From: Squalus acanthias
Taxonomy: Eukaryota
NCBI GenBank assembly: GCA_030390025.1
Contig: CM059432.1
Location: 56,298,001-56,362,000, forward strand
Length of the DNA: 64,000 nucleotides
Reading direction: 5' to 3'
The position numbers and the translations under genes were made by a program. Each line of letters starts with the position of its first letter. The stretch's first letter is position 1. This document shows, one piece after another, positions 34,533-47,529 of the stretch. The notes under the pieces are model-generated. The model did not search any database and was not told where the DNA came from. It saw only the letters and a list, made by a program, of their open reading frames with translations.

Positions 34533-36945
34533 TAAGAACATAAGAACATAAGAAATAGGAGCAGGAGTAGGCCAATCGGCCCTTCGAGCCTGCTCCGCCA
34601 TTCAATAAGATCATGGCTGATCTGATCCTCACCTCAAATCTAAAGAACACAAGAAGTAGGAGCAGGACCCGGCCACTCAGCCCCTGGGCCCGCTATGCCA
34701 CCCACAGGGCCTCTACCGATCCGAATTCAGCCTCATGTCCAATTTCCTGCCCGCTCCCCGTAACCCCTAATTCCCTTTACTTCTAGGAAACTGTCTATTT
34801 CTGTTTTAAATTTATTTAATGATGTAGCTTCCACAGCTTCCTGGGGCAGCAAATTCCACAGACCTACTACCCTCTGAGTGAAGAAGTTTCTCCTCATCTC
34901 AGTTTTGAAAGAGCAGCCCCTTATTCTAAGATTATGTCCCCTAGTTCTAGTTTCACCCATCCTTGGGAACATCCTTACCGCATCCACCCGATCAAGCCCC
35001 TTCACAATCTTATATGTTTCAATAAGATCGCCTCTCATTCTTCTGAACTCCAATGAGTAGAGTCCCAATCTACTCAACCTCTCCTCGTATGTCCACCCCC
35101 TCATCCCGGGGATTAACCGAGTGAACCTTCTTTGTACTGCCTCGAGAGCAAGTATGTCTTTTCTTAAGTATGGACACCAAAACTGTATGCAGTATTCCAG
35201 ATGCGGTCTCACCTTATATAACTGTAGCAATACCTCCCTGTTTTTATAATCTATCCCCCTAGCAATAAAAGCCAACATTCCGTTGGCCTTCTTGATCACC
35301 TGTTGCACCTGCATACTAACTTTTTGATTTTCTTGCACCAGGACCCCCAGATCCCTTTGTACTGCAGTACTTTCCAGTTTCTCGCCATTAAGATAATAAC
35401 TTGCTCTCTGATTTTTCCTGCCAAAGTGCATAACCTCACATTTTCCAATATTGTATTGCATCTGCCAAATCTCTGCCCACTCACCCAGCTTGTCTATATC
35501 CCCTTGTAGGTTTTTTATGTCCTCCTCACTTTCTACTTTCCCTCCCATCTTTGTATCATCTGCAAACTTTGATATGTTACACTCGGTCCCCTCCTCCAAA
35601 TCGTTAATATAGATTGTAAAGAGTTGGGGACCCAGCAGCGACCCCTGCGGAACACCACTGGCTACTGGTTGCCAGTCCGAGAATGAACCATTTATCCCAA
35701 CTCTCTGCTTCCTGTTAGATAACCAATCCTCCACCCATGCCAGAATATTCCCCCCAATCCAGTGATTTTTTATCTTGAGCAATAATCTTTTATGTGGCAC
35801 CTTGTCGAATGCCTTCTGGAAGTCTAAATACACTACGTCCATTGGTTCCCCTTTATCCACCCTGTACGTTATGTCCTCAAAGAACTCAAGCAAATTTGTC
35901 AGACATGATTTCCCCTTCATAAAGCCATGCTGACTTTGTCCTATCAAATTATGTTTATCTAAATGTTCCGTTACTGTCTCCTTAATAATAGACTCCAAAA
36001 TTTTACCCACCACAGATGTTAGACTAACTGGTCTATAATTTCCAGCTTTCTGCCTACTACCCTTTTTAAATAAGGGTGTTACATTAGCAGTTTTCCAATC
36101 TGCCGGGACCTTTGCTGAGTCCAGGGAATTTTGGAAAATTATTACCAAAGCATCCACAATCCCTATTGCCACTTCCCTCAAGACCCTAGGATGTCAGCCA
36201 TCAGGTCCAGGGGATTTATCCGCCTTGAGTCCCATTATTTTACTGAGTACCAATTCCTTAGTGATTTTAATCGTATTTAGCTCCTCCCCCCCCTAGAGCC
36301 CCCTGTTTGTCCAGTGTTGGGATATTCTTAGTGTCCTCTACCGTAAAGACTGAAACAAAATATTTGTTCAGCATTTTTGCCATCTCCATGTTTCCCACCA
36401 TTAATTTTCCGGTCTCATCCTCTAAGGGACCTATGTTTGCCTTAGCCACCCTTTTTCTTTTTATATAACTATAGAAACTCTTGCTATCTGTTTTTATATT
36501 TTTTGCTAATTTATTTTCATAATCTATCTTCCCTTTCTTAATCAATCCTTTAGTTACTTTTTGCTGTCTTTTGAAGACTTCCCAATCTTCTATCCTCCCA
36601 CTAAGTTTGGCTACCTTATATGTCCTTGTTTTTAGTTGGATACTATCCTTAATTTCTTTACTTAGCCACGGATGGCTGTCATTTCTTTTACACCCTTTTT
36701 TCCTCAGTGGAATATATATTGTTTGAAAGTTGTAAAATAACTCCTTAAATGAACACCACTGCTCATGTACCGTCTTACCCTTTAATCTATTTTCCCAGTC
36801 CACTTTAATCAATTCCGCTCTCATACCATCATAGTCTCCTTTATTCAAGCTCAGTACGCTTGTCTGAGAACCAACCTTCTCACCCTCTAATTGGATATGG
36901 AATTCAACCATGTTATGGTCACTCATTCCAAGGGGATCCTTAACT
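34533..36945 (-). mobile_element. CR1 LINE, relatively young, 5'-truncated ORF2
   Basis: ORFs 36267..36926 and 34733..36181 (482 aa RT region: [30 protein letters not shown]); (TTCTTATG)n tail. Confidence 0.95.
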
Positions 36946-37707
36946 TAGACAAATGGAAGCAGTTTTTTCATATTTATCTTGGCACTACCCACATAATTTT
37001 GAAACCTAACTTTCAGATCTCTTGGCTTCTTTGCTCCAGTGGAAAGAGCAGCTGTCAGTTGAGAAGTTTTGGGGCACATGCAGTGGCACTGGAAAATATT
37101 CAAGCAACGACATGTATAAAGATATTCGTAATTAGCTCCTAAAAGTTTCATACTGTTAGACAAATCAACTGTGCCATTTGTGGTTACTGCAGGACATGCC
37201 ATTTATTGTGCTAACCTTGTTTGCTCTAGTTTTATTTAATGCTAGTTGCTTGGTTGCTGAAAAAATTCAAGTTAGGCAGCATAAGGACATAATTGCTGTG
37301 TTAATTTCAAACATGTACCCCTTTCTGGCTGTTAAATTTCCTGAGTAATGTTTCGTTTATAATTACTTAAACAGTCTTGCATCTAATTTTTAAAAATAAA
37401 TTAGTCAGATGAATGGCCTTGGCATAAGTGTGCACAGTTGAAAATTGATTTTTAACAGTCAAAATGGTTGAACAAAGGAATCATCAGTCGTCAACGTTGA
37501 TGTTTTCTGGATTAATTGGATAGCAATTGAGTGGTGGTATAACTGAATTGGTTCTATATCTGGGATCACTGCAGTGAAATTCTACTGTACTTTCAATCCA
37601 TTAACAAAATATGGTCGGCAAAGATGGTGTATGTATTTGTGAATAATTTCACTAAAATAAGTTGCATCAATTTGTATACATGATAATTCAGGTACTATAC
37701 TTGATAT

Positions 37708-37847
37708 CAACGTTCCCTCTAATTTTTTTGAGTGCGCAGTCCCTTTAAATTTGCTGCAGCAACCGCGCATGCACGGTATCTTTTCCAGCGGCAACAGCGG
37801 CCTGGGCGGGACCTCGCAAGCAGCCGCGCACTTTAGGGGAAATGTTG
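37708..37847. mobile_element. hAT-type MITE, 140 bp
   Basis: TIR CAACGTTCCCTCTAA / TTAGGGGAAATGTTG; perfect 8-bp TSD CTTGATAT at 37700-37707 and 37848-37855. Confidence 0.85.
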
Positions 37848-39149
37848 CTTGATATGCTGTTTCATTTTGCTGTTTAATAGTTGCTTGTAGTGCATGTATT
37901 TACCTGAAAGTGGCTGGTTGTATGGCAGGGATAAAATAAGACAAACGTAATATAAGACAAAGGCAATTCTTTCCTCTCTAAGTGTAGAAAGTGACTCAAA
38001 AAAACACTCCTTGTACAAATAGAAAATACCACTTATTACATTAATTTGTTTAGTACAGAAATGCAGATGTCTTGGTGGTAGTAGTATCTCGTGCTGGACA
38101 ACTTCAGTAGTTAACTTTTCCATCATACATATTTACATAGGGGAATATTGATGTATTTGTGTCAGGAATGCTTAATCCTTATGGACCTATGTAATGTTAA
38201 ATGTGTGCTCATGTAGGTCTGGTACTTGTGGAAGAAACCATATTTAAATAAAGATCCACTGCTGTTTTTGCCTCTGCTATGATGCTAGGGCATCAGTCGC
38301 ACAGATACTAATTTTGTGCTAAATTCATGGTAGTAGTAGCATGAAAAATCTAGTGCAGAGCCGCTGAATTGTATTAAGCTTTGGATGCTTTATGTCTGAT
38401 CAACCAAGTAGGACATCTGATGGTTGGGTTCTTTAAATCATCAGAAAGTACTCTGTTCATTTTGAGGTGCTGTCCATGATTCTGCTTGGATCATCTGGAG
38501 GATTCCTGGCTGACGGTGATGGTGGCCCTGCTAATAGTGTGGGTTACATGGCATAACACCCTTATTATTATAGCATTATTCCCTGATCCATCATGAGTAA
38601 ATAACTGCTTCCCCTGTGAGAAATGCACAAATGTAATTATTTAACTATGTTATGAGGGGTCAACAAATTTTATTTATTCAGTCTATTAATTTGAAGTTGC
38701 TTCATTTGAATTGCTGGTAAATTAAATTGAAATCTTGCAAAAATGCATTGAAAAATTGTTGCTTAGTTCTTGGCTCTTCATTTGAATTACTGGTTAATGG
38801 GTCCTGATATGTGCTGCTTAATTTGAATTGATCCTGTGATCAACATTTGATGCGTGGATGTGACTGCCTTTCCCCCACCTGAGTGCAGATTGAGAGCAGT
38901 TTCTGGAACATGGCTACTCTGATGTATAAGACATAAAATACAAGATCATCAAATATGTGGAGGAGCACCATGAAGAAATAAAGTTGTGGAACATTTCTTG
39001 AACACCCTTACCAACACCCTCTCTTCCTACCTCACAAACAAGATGAGAAGCATTGCTGATTACTGGCAGTTTTTGCAGCCAAAGGAAGAGGTTGTGCACC
39101 TTAGTCTTTCCTGTAGTAAAGCTGTTTAAAGAAACTAGAGCAGCTAACT

Positions 39150-40960
39150 TTCCTAGGCTATCCAACCTTGTCTTCCTGCAAAAGGAAAATTAACTTGCTG
39201 CTGAATTTAGATCTGATCCTACTGATTCATCGTGCATCAAAAACCACCACGCCATCAACTCCAGGTCTACACAGAGACACAAGCAACATTTCCACAAAGT
39301 GTTGACAGCTGGGTGTGTGATAACATTTCTGAAAATTTATCTCATCGTAACTTTGGAGACATCTTGCATGCTGATGAAACTGGCCTTTTTTATAAATTGC
39401 ACCCAAGCAAAGTGCAAGCGTTTATTAAGGACGTGGTAACAGGGCAGTTAGAAAATAATAATAGGATTGGGCAGAGTCAACACGGATTTATGAAAGGGAA
39501 ATCATTTTTGACATCTGTTCATTTTTTGAGGTTGTAACTAGCAGAATAGATAAGGGGGAACCAGTGGATGTGGTGTATTTGGATTGTCAGAAGGCATTCG
39601 ATAAGATGCCACACAAGAGGTTATTAAACAAAAATAGGGCTCATGGGATTGGGGGCAATATACGAGCATGGATTGAGGTTTGGTTAACGGACAGAATACA
39701 GAGAGTAGGAATAAACGGATCATTTTCGGGTTGGCAGGCTGTAACTAGTGGGGTACCGCAAGGATCAGTGCTTGGGCCTCAGCTATTCACAATCTATATC
39801 AATGATTTGGATGAGGGGTCCAAATGTAATATATCCAAGTACAAGAGTAAAGGCGTCTTACTGCAATTATATAGGGCCCTGGTGAGACCACACCTGGAGT
39901 ACCTAAGGAAGGATATACTTGCCATAGAGGGAGTGCAACAAGGATATACTTGCCATAGAGGGAGTGCAACGAAGGTTCACCAGACTGGTTCCTGGGATGG
40001 GGGGATTGTCCTATGAGGACAGATTGAGTAGACTAGGCCTATATTTTCTAGAGTTTAGAAGAATGAGAGGTGATCTCATTTAAACATACAAAATTCTGAC
40101 AGGGCTTGACAGGGTTGATGCAGGGAGGATGTTTCCCCTGGCTGGGGAGTCTAGAGCCAGGGGTCACAGTCTCAGAATAAGGGGTCGGCCATTTAGGACT
40201 GAGATGAGGAGAAATTTCTTCACTGAGGGTGGTGAATCTTTGGAATGCTCTACCCCAGAGGGCTGTGGAGGCTGAGTCATTGAGTATATTCAAGACAGAG
40301 ATCGATAGATTTTTGGATATTAAGGGAATCGAGGGATATGAGGATAGTGCAGGAAAGTGGAGATGAGGTAGAAGACCAGCCATGATCTTATTGAATGGCG
40401 GAGCAGGCTCGATGGGCCGAATAGCCTACGCCTGCTCCTATTTCTTATGTTCTTATGTTATGTTCTTTCATCAAGGAAAAATGTTCAGGGGAAAAAACAA
40501 GCCAAGTAGTGAATTACTGAAAGAAAAATAGCTGGTGATTGGGAATTGCAACTGCTTCCTCCTGATCTTTTTATGATGTCGATACGCTGCCTGTAGCTTA
40601 CAGAAATAAAGATGACGGATGCTCCTTTTGAAGAATGGCTGTGTCATTTTGATAAAAGCATGATATTGCAAGGCACAAATGTCACCATAATAGTTGGCGA
40701 CTGTGGGGCTCACAGGAAGTGCTTGCATCTAAATGTGATGGACCTAATATTTTTACCAATTATTACATCCCTGATCTAGTGAATGCATGCAGGTGTGTTT
40801 TATGCTATAAAACAGGACAACAAGAAATATTTGGTGCAAAATGATTGCTGCATTTGATTCCAGACATTTTTGTTAGATTTTCTGTAGTCATCCGCATGAT
40901 CCATTCATTATGGGAGGACCTGAAAGTAAAATCTACTGTCAATTGCTTTCAGTATTGTAA
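39150..40960 (+). mobile_element. Decayed pogo/Tigger-like transposase relic split by a CR1 insertion (boundaries approximate)
   Basis: DILHADETGLFYKLHPSK at ~39358-39410. After the CR1: LVIG, FEEWL, IVGDCGAH and FLP remnants typical of the pogo/CENP-B DDE_1 domain. Confidence 0.55.
39421..40465 (+). mobile_element. CR1 fragment with internal deletions and a 31-bp tandem duplication
   Basis: RT motifs; deletion at ~39838; aaggatatacttgccatagagggagtgcaac at 39909-39939 and 39940-39970; ttcttatg tail. Confidence 0.9.
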
Positions 40961-41149
40961 ATTTATCCCAACATCAGAGGAAGGCAGCTCCATTTGACAG
41001 TCGAGGGTCCTACACCGGCATCAATGGCAGAAACAGCGAACCTCTTCGAACACATTTGTTCTCTATTGACACTGCCAGCAGATGTGAGTTTTGAATCCAT
41101 TGTTGGTGCTGATGAGCAAATCCGGCTGTCGCGATTGTTGACCAACATG

Positions 41150-42925
41150 CAAATTGTTGACACTGTGCTGGAGGATGGTGCTGTTTGTGTCAATGAGGGT
41201 GGTGAACTTCTTGAGTGTTGTTGCAGCAACTCCCATCCAGGCAATTTGAGAATATTCCATCACACTCCTGACTTGTGCCTTGCAGGTGGTGGAAAGGCTC
41301 TGGGGAGTTGGGAGGTGACCATAGAATACTGAGCCTCTGATCTGCTCCAGTAGCCATGGCATTTATGTGGCTGGTCCAGTTGAGTTTCTGGTCAGTGGTT
41401 ACCCACAGGATGGTGATAGTGGGGGAGTTGGCGATGGTATTGCCATTAAATGTCCATGAACGGGGGTTAGACTCTCTCTTGTTGGAGTTGGTCATTGCCA
41501 GGCACTTGTATGGCACGAATGCTACTTGTCACTTATTAGCCCAAGCCTGGATGTTGCCTAGGTCTTTCTGCATGTGGACATGAACTGTTTCATTATCTGA
41601 AGAATTGCGAATGGAGCTGAACGCTGAGCAATCGTCAGCAAACTGACCAGATGATGGAGGGAAGATCATTGAAGTAGCTGAAGATAGTTGGGCTTAGGAC
41701 ACTGCCCTGAAGAACTCCTGCAATAATGTTATTGCTCCAAGATGATTGGGTTTCAACAACCACAGCCATCTTCCTTTGTACCAGCCACTGGAGGGTCTTC
41801 CCCCTGACCCCATTGACTTCAGTTTTATTAGAGCTCCTAGGTGCCGCACTTTGTCAAGGACAATCACTCTTGCCTCTAGAATTCAGCTCTTATGTCCATG
41901 TTTGAACCAAAGCTGTAATGAGGTCTGAAGCCGAGTGGTTCTGACGTAACCCAAACTGAGTATTGGTGAGCAGATTATTGGTAAGTGCTGCTTGAAAGCA
42001 CTGTTGATGACTCCTTGCATCACTTTGCTGATTTTTGAGAGTAGGCTGATAGGGTGGTAATTGGCCAGGTTTGATTTATTCTGCGTTTTGTAGACAGGAC
42101 TTCGCTAACTCAGTTAATAGTGGTACTATCGAGCCACTCTTGGTGATGGACATTGAAGTCCCCACCCAGAGTACACTGTGTGCCCTTGCTAACCTCGGTA
42201 CTTCCTCCAAGAGCTGTTCAACATGGAGGAGTACTGATTCATAGCTGCAGGAGGGCTGTAGGTGTTAATCAATAGGAGGTTTCCTTGTTTGTTTGACCAT
42301 AAGCCTTGAGACTTCATTGGTTCTGGAGTTAAAGTTGAGGACTCCCAGGTACACTCCCCCCTGACTGTATACCACTGTTCCCCCACCTCTGAGGCAGAGT
42401 CTGGGACATTGGCTGATAGTCATACTCCTAGAATCATATCTATGTCAGGCTCTCCCACGTTTGGCACCAGTTTCCAGATGTTGGTGAGGAGGATTTTGCA
42501 GGGGCAACTGGGCTGGGTGTGCCATTGTCATGTCCTGATTCAATGCCTAGGTCGCAGCTGAGTGGCCCGTCCGATTCTATTCTTGTGTTTCTTTCTTGCA
42601 GTTTGATACAATTGAGTGGCTTGATTGGGTACTTCAGAGGGCTGTTAAATCAATCATGTTGGTGTGGAATTGAAGTCACATAGAGCTTAGACCGGGTAAG
42701 GACAGTAGGTTTCCCTCCCTTAAAGACATTTGTGAACTAGTTAGGTTTTATTACAATCTGCCAGCTTCATGGTCATTTTACTGGTATCAGTTTTTTATTT
42801 CCAGGTTAGTTTTGGAATTCAAATTTTCAAACTGCCACGGTGGTATTTGAACTCAGTCTCTGGATTATTAGCCCAGACCCCTGAGTTATTTGTCCTGTAA
42901 TGTAACCAGTGCACGACTATACCCG
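41150..42925 (-). mobile_element. Older, internally deleted copy of the single-ORF LINE family, retaining a tRNA-like 5' head
   Basis: Collinear with 20660-23430 (RT, APE and 5' region); extends further 5' to tRNA-like A/B boxes at 42840-42925. Confidence 0.8.
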
Positions 42926-42959
42926 TGGTTCCATGTCAAAATTTATTGCTCCAAGGTTT

Positions 42960-44448
42960 ACTGTTCTCCAGCCACTGACTCCATCCCTCTCCCTGGTCAC
43001 TGCCTGGGGCTGAAGCAGATGGTTTGCAATTTTGGCATCCTATTTGACCCTGAAATGAGCTTTTGACTACATATGTGCTCCATCACCAAGACCGCCGACA
43101 TCCATCTCCTGAACATCGCCTGCCTCCGCAGCTGCCTCAACTCATTTGCTGCTGAAAGCCTCATCTGTGCCTTTTTTACCTCTAGACTTGACGATTTCAA
43201 TGCTCTCCTGGCCGGCTTCCCATCCTCCACCCTCCATAAACTTGAGCTCATCCAAAACTCTGCTGCCCGTATCCTAACTCGTACTAGTCCCATTCACCCA
43301 CCATCCCTGTGCTCACTGACCTAAATTGGCTCCCAATCCGGCAATGCCTTGATTTTAAAATTCTCATCCTTGTCAAATCCTTCCCCTATCTCTGTAACTG
43401 TCTCCAGCCCTGTAACTCTCTGAGATCTCTGCGATCTCTGCACTCCTGCACATCCCCGCTCCACCACTGATGGCCGTGCAATCAGCTGCCTGGGCCCCAA
43501 GCTCTGGACTTCCCTCCCGAAACCTCTCCACCTCTCTACTGCTCTCTCCTCCTTTTAAGATGCTCCTTAAAACCTACCTCTTTAACCAAGCTTTTGGTCA
43601 CCTGTTCTAATGGTCTAGATATTGCGATCGGAGGTGTACCTCTGGAGTACGCCTCCAACCTGCGAAATATTTACGAAATTACCTGCTGGCACCCAGGCTG
43701 TGAAGATTTGCGGTCTCTGGCCTCAAGGCGGAGGGTATCTTAATGGCCCACAGATCCCAGGGATGCAGGCGGTTTGTAAGTGTACCTGGGCTCATGTGGG
43801 CCCGGTCCTCCAATGATAAAGGAGAATTCCATTGCATTCATTTGCGAAGGGAATCCCCTAATGATGTGCAATAGAATCCCTAATAATTATACAATGTGCA
43901 GAATGATAATTTTATTCATAAGTTCCTTCATTGCAGCAACCTCAATAAAAATTGAATTTTTTGATAATTTTAAACATAATTAAAACTGTAATCCGGGCCA
44001 ATATTTGCATAAACTCATTTGATAAAGTGCGTGTGCATAATTTTGAATTTTTAAATGTTTTATTTAAGCCTTAGATATCCCCTTATGCTGATGCAAGCAG
44101 GTCCTATGCCTGCTTGCATCAACCGTAAGACTTGCATGGGCAATTGCTGGCCAGTCGCTGGGCAAATAGCCCAACCCTGCGCCAGAAATACTCAGTTTTC
44201 GGGCGGTTCGGATGATCTGTCAAGGTGTACCTTGATAGATCGCAAGTTCCGGATATTGCGCGTGCAGAAATTCGGAACTTCCGGGGCATTTCAAAGGGAA
44301 TATGACTGTGTACTCTGAGTATGCCGTCGCAGGCACCGCAATTTCAGGGTCATTATCTCCTTACGTGGCTCAGTGTTTGATAACGCTCTTCTGAAGAGCA
44401 GTGGGGACGTTTTACTACGTTAAACGTGCTATATAAATGTATGTGTTG
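42960..44448 (+). mobile_element. L2 3' fragment interrupted by a MITE
   Basis: AESLICAFFTSRLDDFNALLAG..LELIQNSAARIL; L2 tail gggacgttttactacgttaaacgtgctatataaatg at ~44404-44440. Confidence 0.85.
43612..44351. mobile_element. MITE of the GGCC-TIR family inserted in L2
   Basis: Degenerate TIRs GGTCTAGATATTGCG / CGCAATTTCAGGGTC; internal similarity to 24744-25483; L2 resumes after 3 extra bases. Confidence 0.7.
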
Positions 44449-45135
44449 GCCTTCATCTTCTCGTCTTCGGCGTTCTCGTTCTTCTGCTCCTTTTCCTTCT
44501 CCACCACCACATATTTAAAAAGAGCAATTCTATGTGTAAGATGCAGTGGACTTGTGGCAAAGGAACATTATTCTGCCGAGCGGAAAGATGCGTTTTTAGT
44601 GGTTTATTGGGCTTCAGTTTATTCTTTTTAGAGACGGCATCAAGATTGTGTTATATCATTGGGATCTTGTATAATATGGTTTGCATTTTATCTTGTATTT
44701 GGTTGTACAGCATGTTTCATACAGTGACTATCAGGAGTAAGATGAGGCAGCTGGAATGATGCATGTCTTCAGAGAAAACAATTTACATGTTTCAATTTTT
44801 TTGATAAATCCTTTTTCTCAAGTAATGCAACACAATTATAATTAGCAAAGCAAAATAAAGTGCAATCCATTTAATTTAGAGTGCTACATGCTGGAGTGAC
44901 CTAGTTTTAGCTTTGTTTTAGGCAATTACAATTGTATAAGACATTTTAATGTCAACTTTAAAATGAGGAAAAATTGAACAATACGGAGTTGACATTTTCA
45001 CTGTAAAATGTAAGACTCAATTTAATTTGCTTTTGGATTCATTCCAACTTGGAAGTTCTTAAACTTGACATTATTCACTAAAATATGAAATTTTGGAAGT
45101 ATAGCCTTAGAAATATCATAGTAGGAAACTATGTA

Positions 45136-45697
45136 CAGGAAACTCTTGTTTAACCGGCTCCTAAATATCCGGAATTCTCTCTTAACCGGCAAAAATCATA
45201 CTCTGAAAACTCCTCTCAAATAACCGGCAATGTTGCCGAGTCCGAGTCTCCCGCGAACGCTGAGTACTCCGAAAACTCCTCTCAAATAACCGGCAATGTT
45301 GCCGAGTCCGAGTCCGAGTCTCCCTCGAACGCCGAGTTAGTCAGTGGGGGTAGTTCTCCAAAGTGCCACTACTCGGCCTCCTGGCGCTGTCGGAAGTCCG
45401 AACACTGCAGTAACAGGAGTCTGATTCTCCCGCGCTGCCGGGAGTCTCACTTACTGTTAAGTAATTAAAGAGTTATGGATTACCCTCAACTGGCAGTACT
45501 GTACTTAATCAAGCATCTTCCACCATCCATTTAACACAACATTCTGTAGGTGAGTAACCAAATACTGTATACTGCACATTTCTTGATTTTTTTATGTTAA
45601 AAATAGCCTCGGTAGATATAACTCTCCGTTATCCGGAACTTTCGATCAACCGGCACCACGCCGGTCCCGTCGGTGCCGGATACCAAAGAGTTTCCTG
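45136..45697. mobile_element. Tc1/mariner-superfamily (Tigger/pogo-like) MITE
   Basis: TIR CAGGAAACTCTT(gtttaa)CCGGC / GCCGG(atacca)AAGAGTTTCCTG; TA TSD on both sides; internal direct repeat gaaaactcctctcaaataaccggcaatgttgccgagtccgagtc at 45205 and 45271. Confidence 0.85.
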
Positions 45698-46781
45698 TAC
45701 GATGTTAAAATACCCTTTTTGCATTGAAAATGAATGTTTGCATTTTTTGCCTAATTTGAAGTTTCCTTCTGTATTATGCAAACTGTTGAAGAAAGCATCG
45801 TATATAGTCTGCTATTGTAAGTGGCGGAAGACTTGGTAGCAACCAGAAGTGCTCTAGTCATTGAGTTAAAAGGAGTCTCTGGATAAAAACACGTAGTGGT
45901 AGCTTTTTCCTCGATTTTGGGGTTAGTGAATAAATTGAACAAAAATTGTGTTAAACCTTATTAATTTGTGATTTCTTGTGACTGAGGCATTACACTTTTT
46001 TAAATGTGAAAATTTTAAATACTAGAACACTACTAAAATCAATTTCCCTACATCACATTCCAGCTACAATTAGAATAGCTATTTCTCTGATTTGATGTAA
46101 GGAAAAAAAAAATCTCTCATGTCTCTGAGCTCGTTCAGTTGAACAGTTTCCAGAAATAGCAGGAAGACTTGTGTTTATTTAAATAGAATATAAAGGGTGA
46201 ACAATTTTTCTAATAAAAACCCAATTCCCTTCCCAAATTATTTGTAAGTGCTTCACCTAGTTTGTGGAACTGTTGTTCCATCCTTGTGGAACTAGGAATA
46301 TTGTGAAGTGCTGCTTTTGATATCCCTTCTACAGTAATAAAAGGTTATTCTGTGACCATGCATTTAGAAACTGTTACATACTGAATATTGTCTGAGGTTG
46401 TTAGCTAAGGAAAATGATCAAAAGATGCTCTCTGTGCACTTCCAGCTGGAAAACATAGTTCAGAGGAAATATGAATTTGCACAGGTGTAGTTTGTGCAAA
46501 ATTCAGCATATATGCCTTGTTTCTTGGGTGTGATTTCCCCTTCAGTTACAAAATTGACTTGTAAGCAAGAGGTAAAACATCACCATTTTAAAAAGCTTAG
46601 CCTATTGCACATCAAATAAATACTTCAAAATGAGTGTAATTTTAAATGATTGTAATTTTTAAAAAACACAGACAAATGTGTTTCTAGAAAATGAAGCGCA
46701 CCAGGTAAGTGAATTTCAGACAGCCTGATGGTTACTTTGGATTTCAGGATCCCAATAATTTTTATCCCCTGTCGAAATATA

Positions 46782-47529
46782 GGCCCGGAATTTGCGGTCA
46801 GCTGCGAAGTGAAGGTGTTTGCCGCTGGCCCAGAAGTATGCTTTGCACAAGGATCTTGCGATCCCTGTGTCGAGAACTTCGGGTTTTCTGATCTTCAATT
46901 CAAATCAACGAAGTATAGTGGGGATCCCCTCGTGCGAACTGCTGTGACATCAACAAGCTGTCTAAGTAGCCAATCAAAATGCAGAATTCTCAGACCGCGA
47001 ACAAGGAAGTGAGTAAGCTTTATTTTAAATGTTCGAGAGCGCAAAACAAAGATTAGGGCTATCACATCGGGAAAAGGCAAACCTGAAATAAAGATGGACA
47101 AACTTAAAAAAAAAAATACATTTCTTTTTTGGAAAAGTTTCTTAATTTTAAATTTTTATTAAAATGGACAAATTTCACACTGCACAAAATTAAAATTAGT
47201 TTTACAGGCCCTTAACATTTGTTTAGCAGTAATAACTCTGTTAAAACCCCAGTTACACCTAATCCCTTTGGGTCTAACTTTTAGTGGGGAATTTAATTAC
47301 CATGGAAGAGTCGAAGTTTTCATCAGTTTCCTTCATTTGGCTGATTACACATTGCTGGTTCTGTGGGGGTAGGGGGGTGCACTGCGCAGCCTGTGTCGTA
47401 GCTGTCAATGATAGACTGTAACTTCAGGATTTCCGCACGCGCCAAATCCAAAAGTTATGGTCAGTTTCAAAGGCGAAATGACGGTGAATGCTGCTAATTC
47501 GGCATCATCCCAACCGCAAATTCCGGGCC
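46782..47529. mobile_element. MITE with perfect 17-bp TIR (GGCC family)
   Basis: GGCCCGGAATTTGCGGT ... ACCGCAAATTCCGGGCC; flanks ATA/ATT. Confidence 0.85.

Noticed and set aside
42840..42925. Bona fide tRNA gene
   Set aside because: Only degenerate A/B boxes with an extended spacer and no cloverleaf; it is a retroelement head.
45200..45340. Repeat-spacer-like pattern resembling a CRISPR array
   Set aside because: Only two direct repeats inside a TA-flanked eukaryotic MITE; no cas genes; vertebrate intron.
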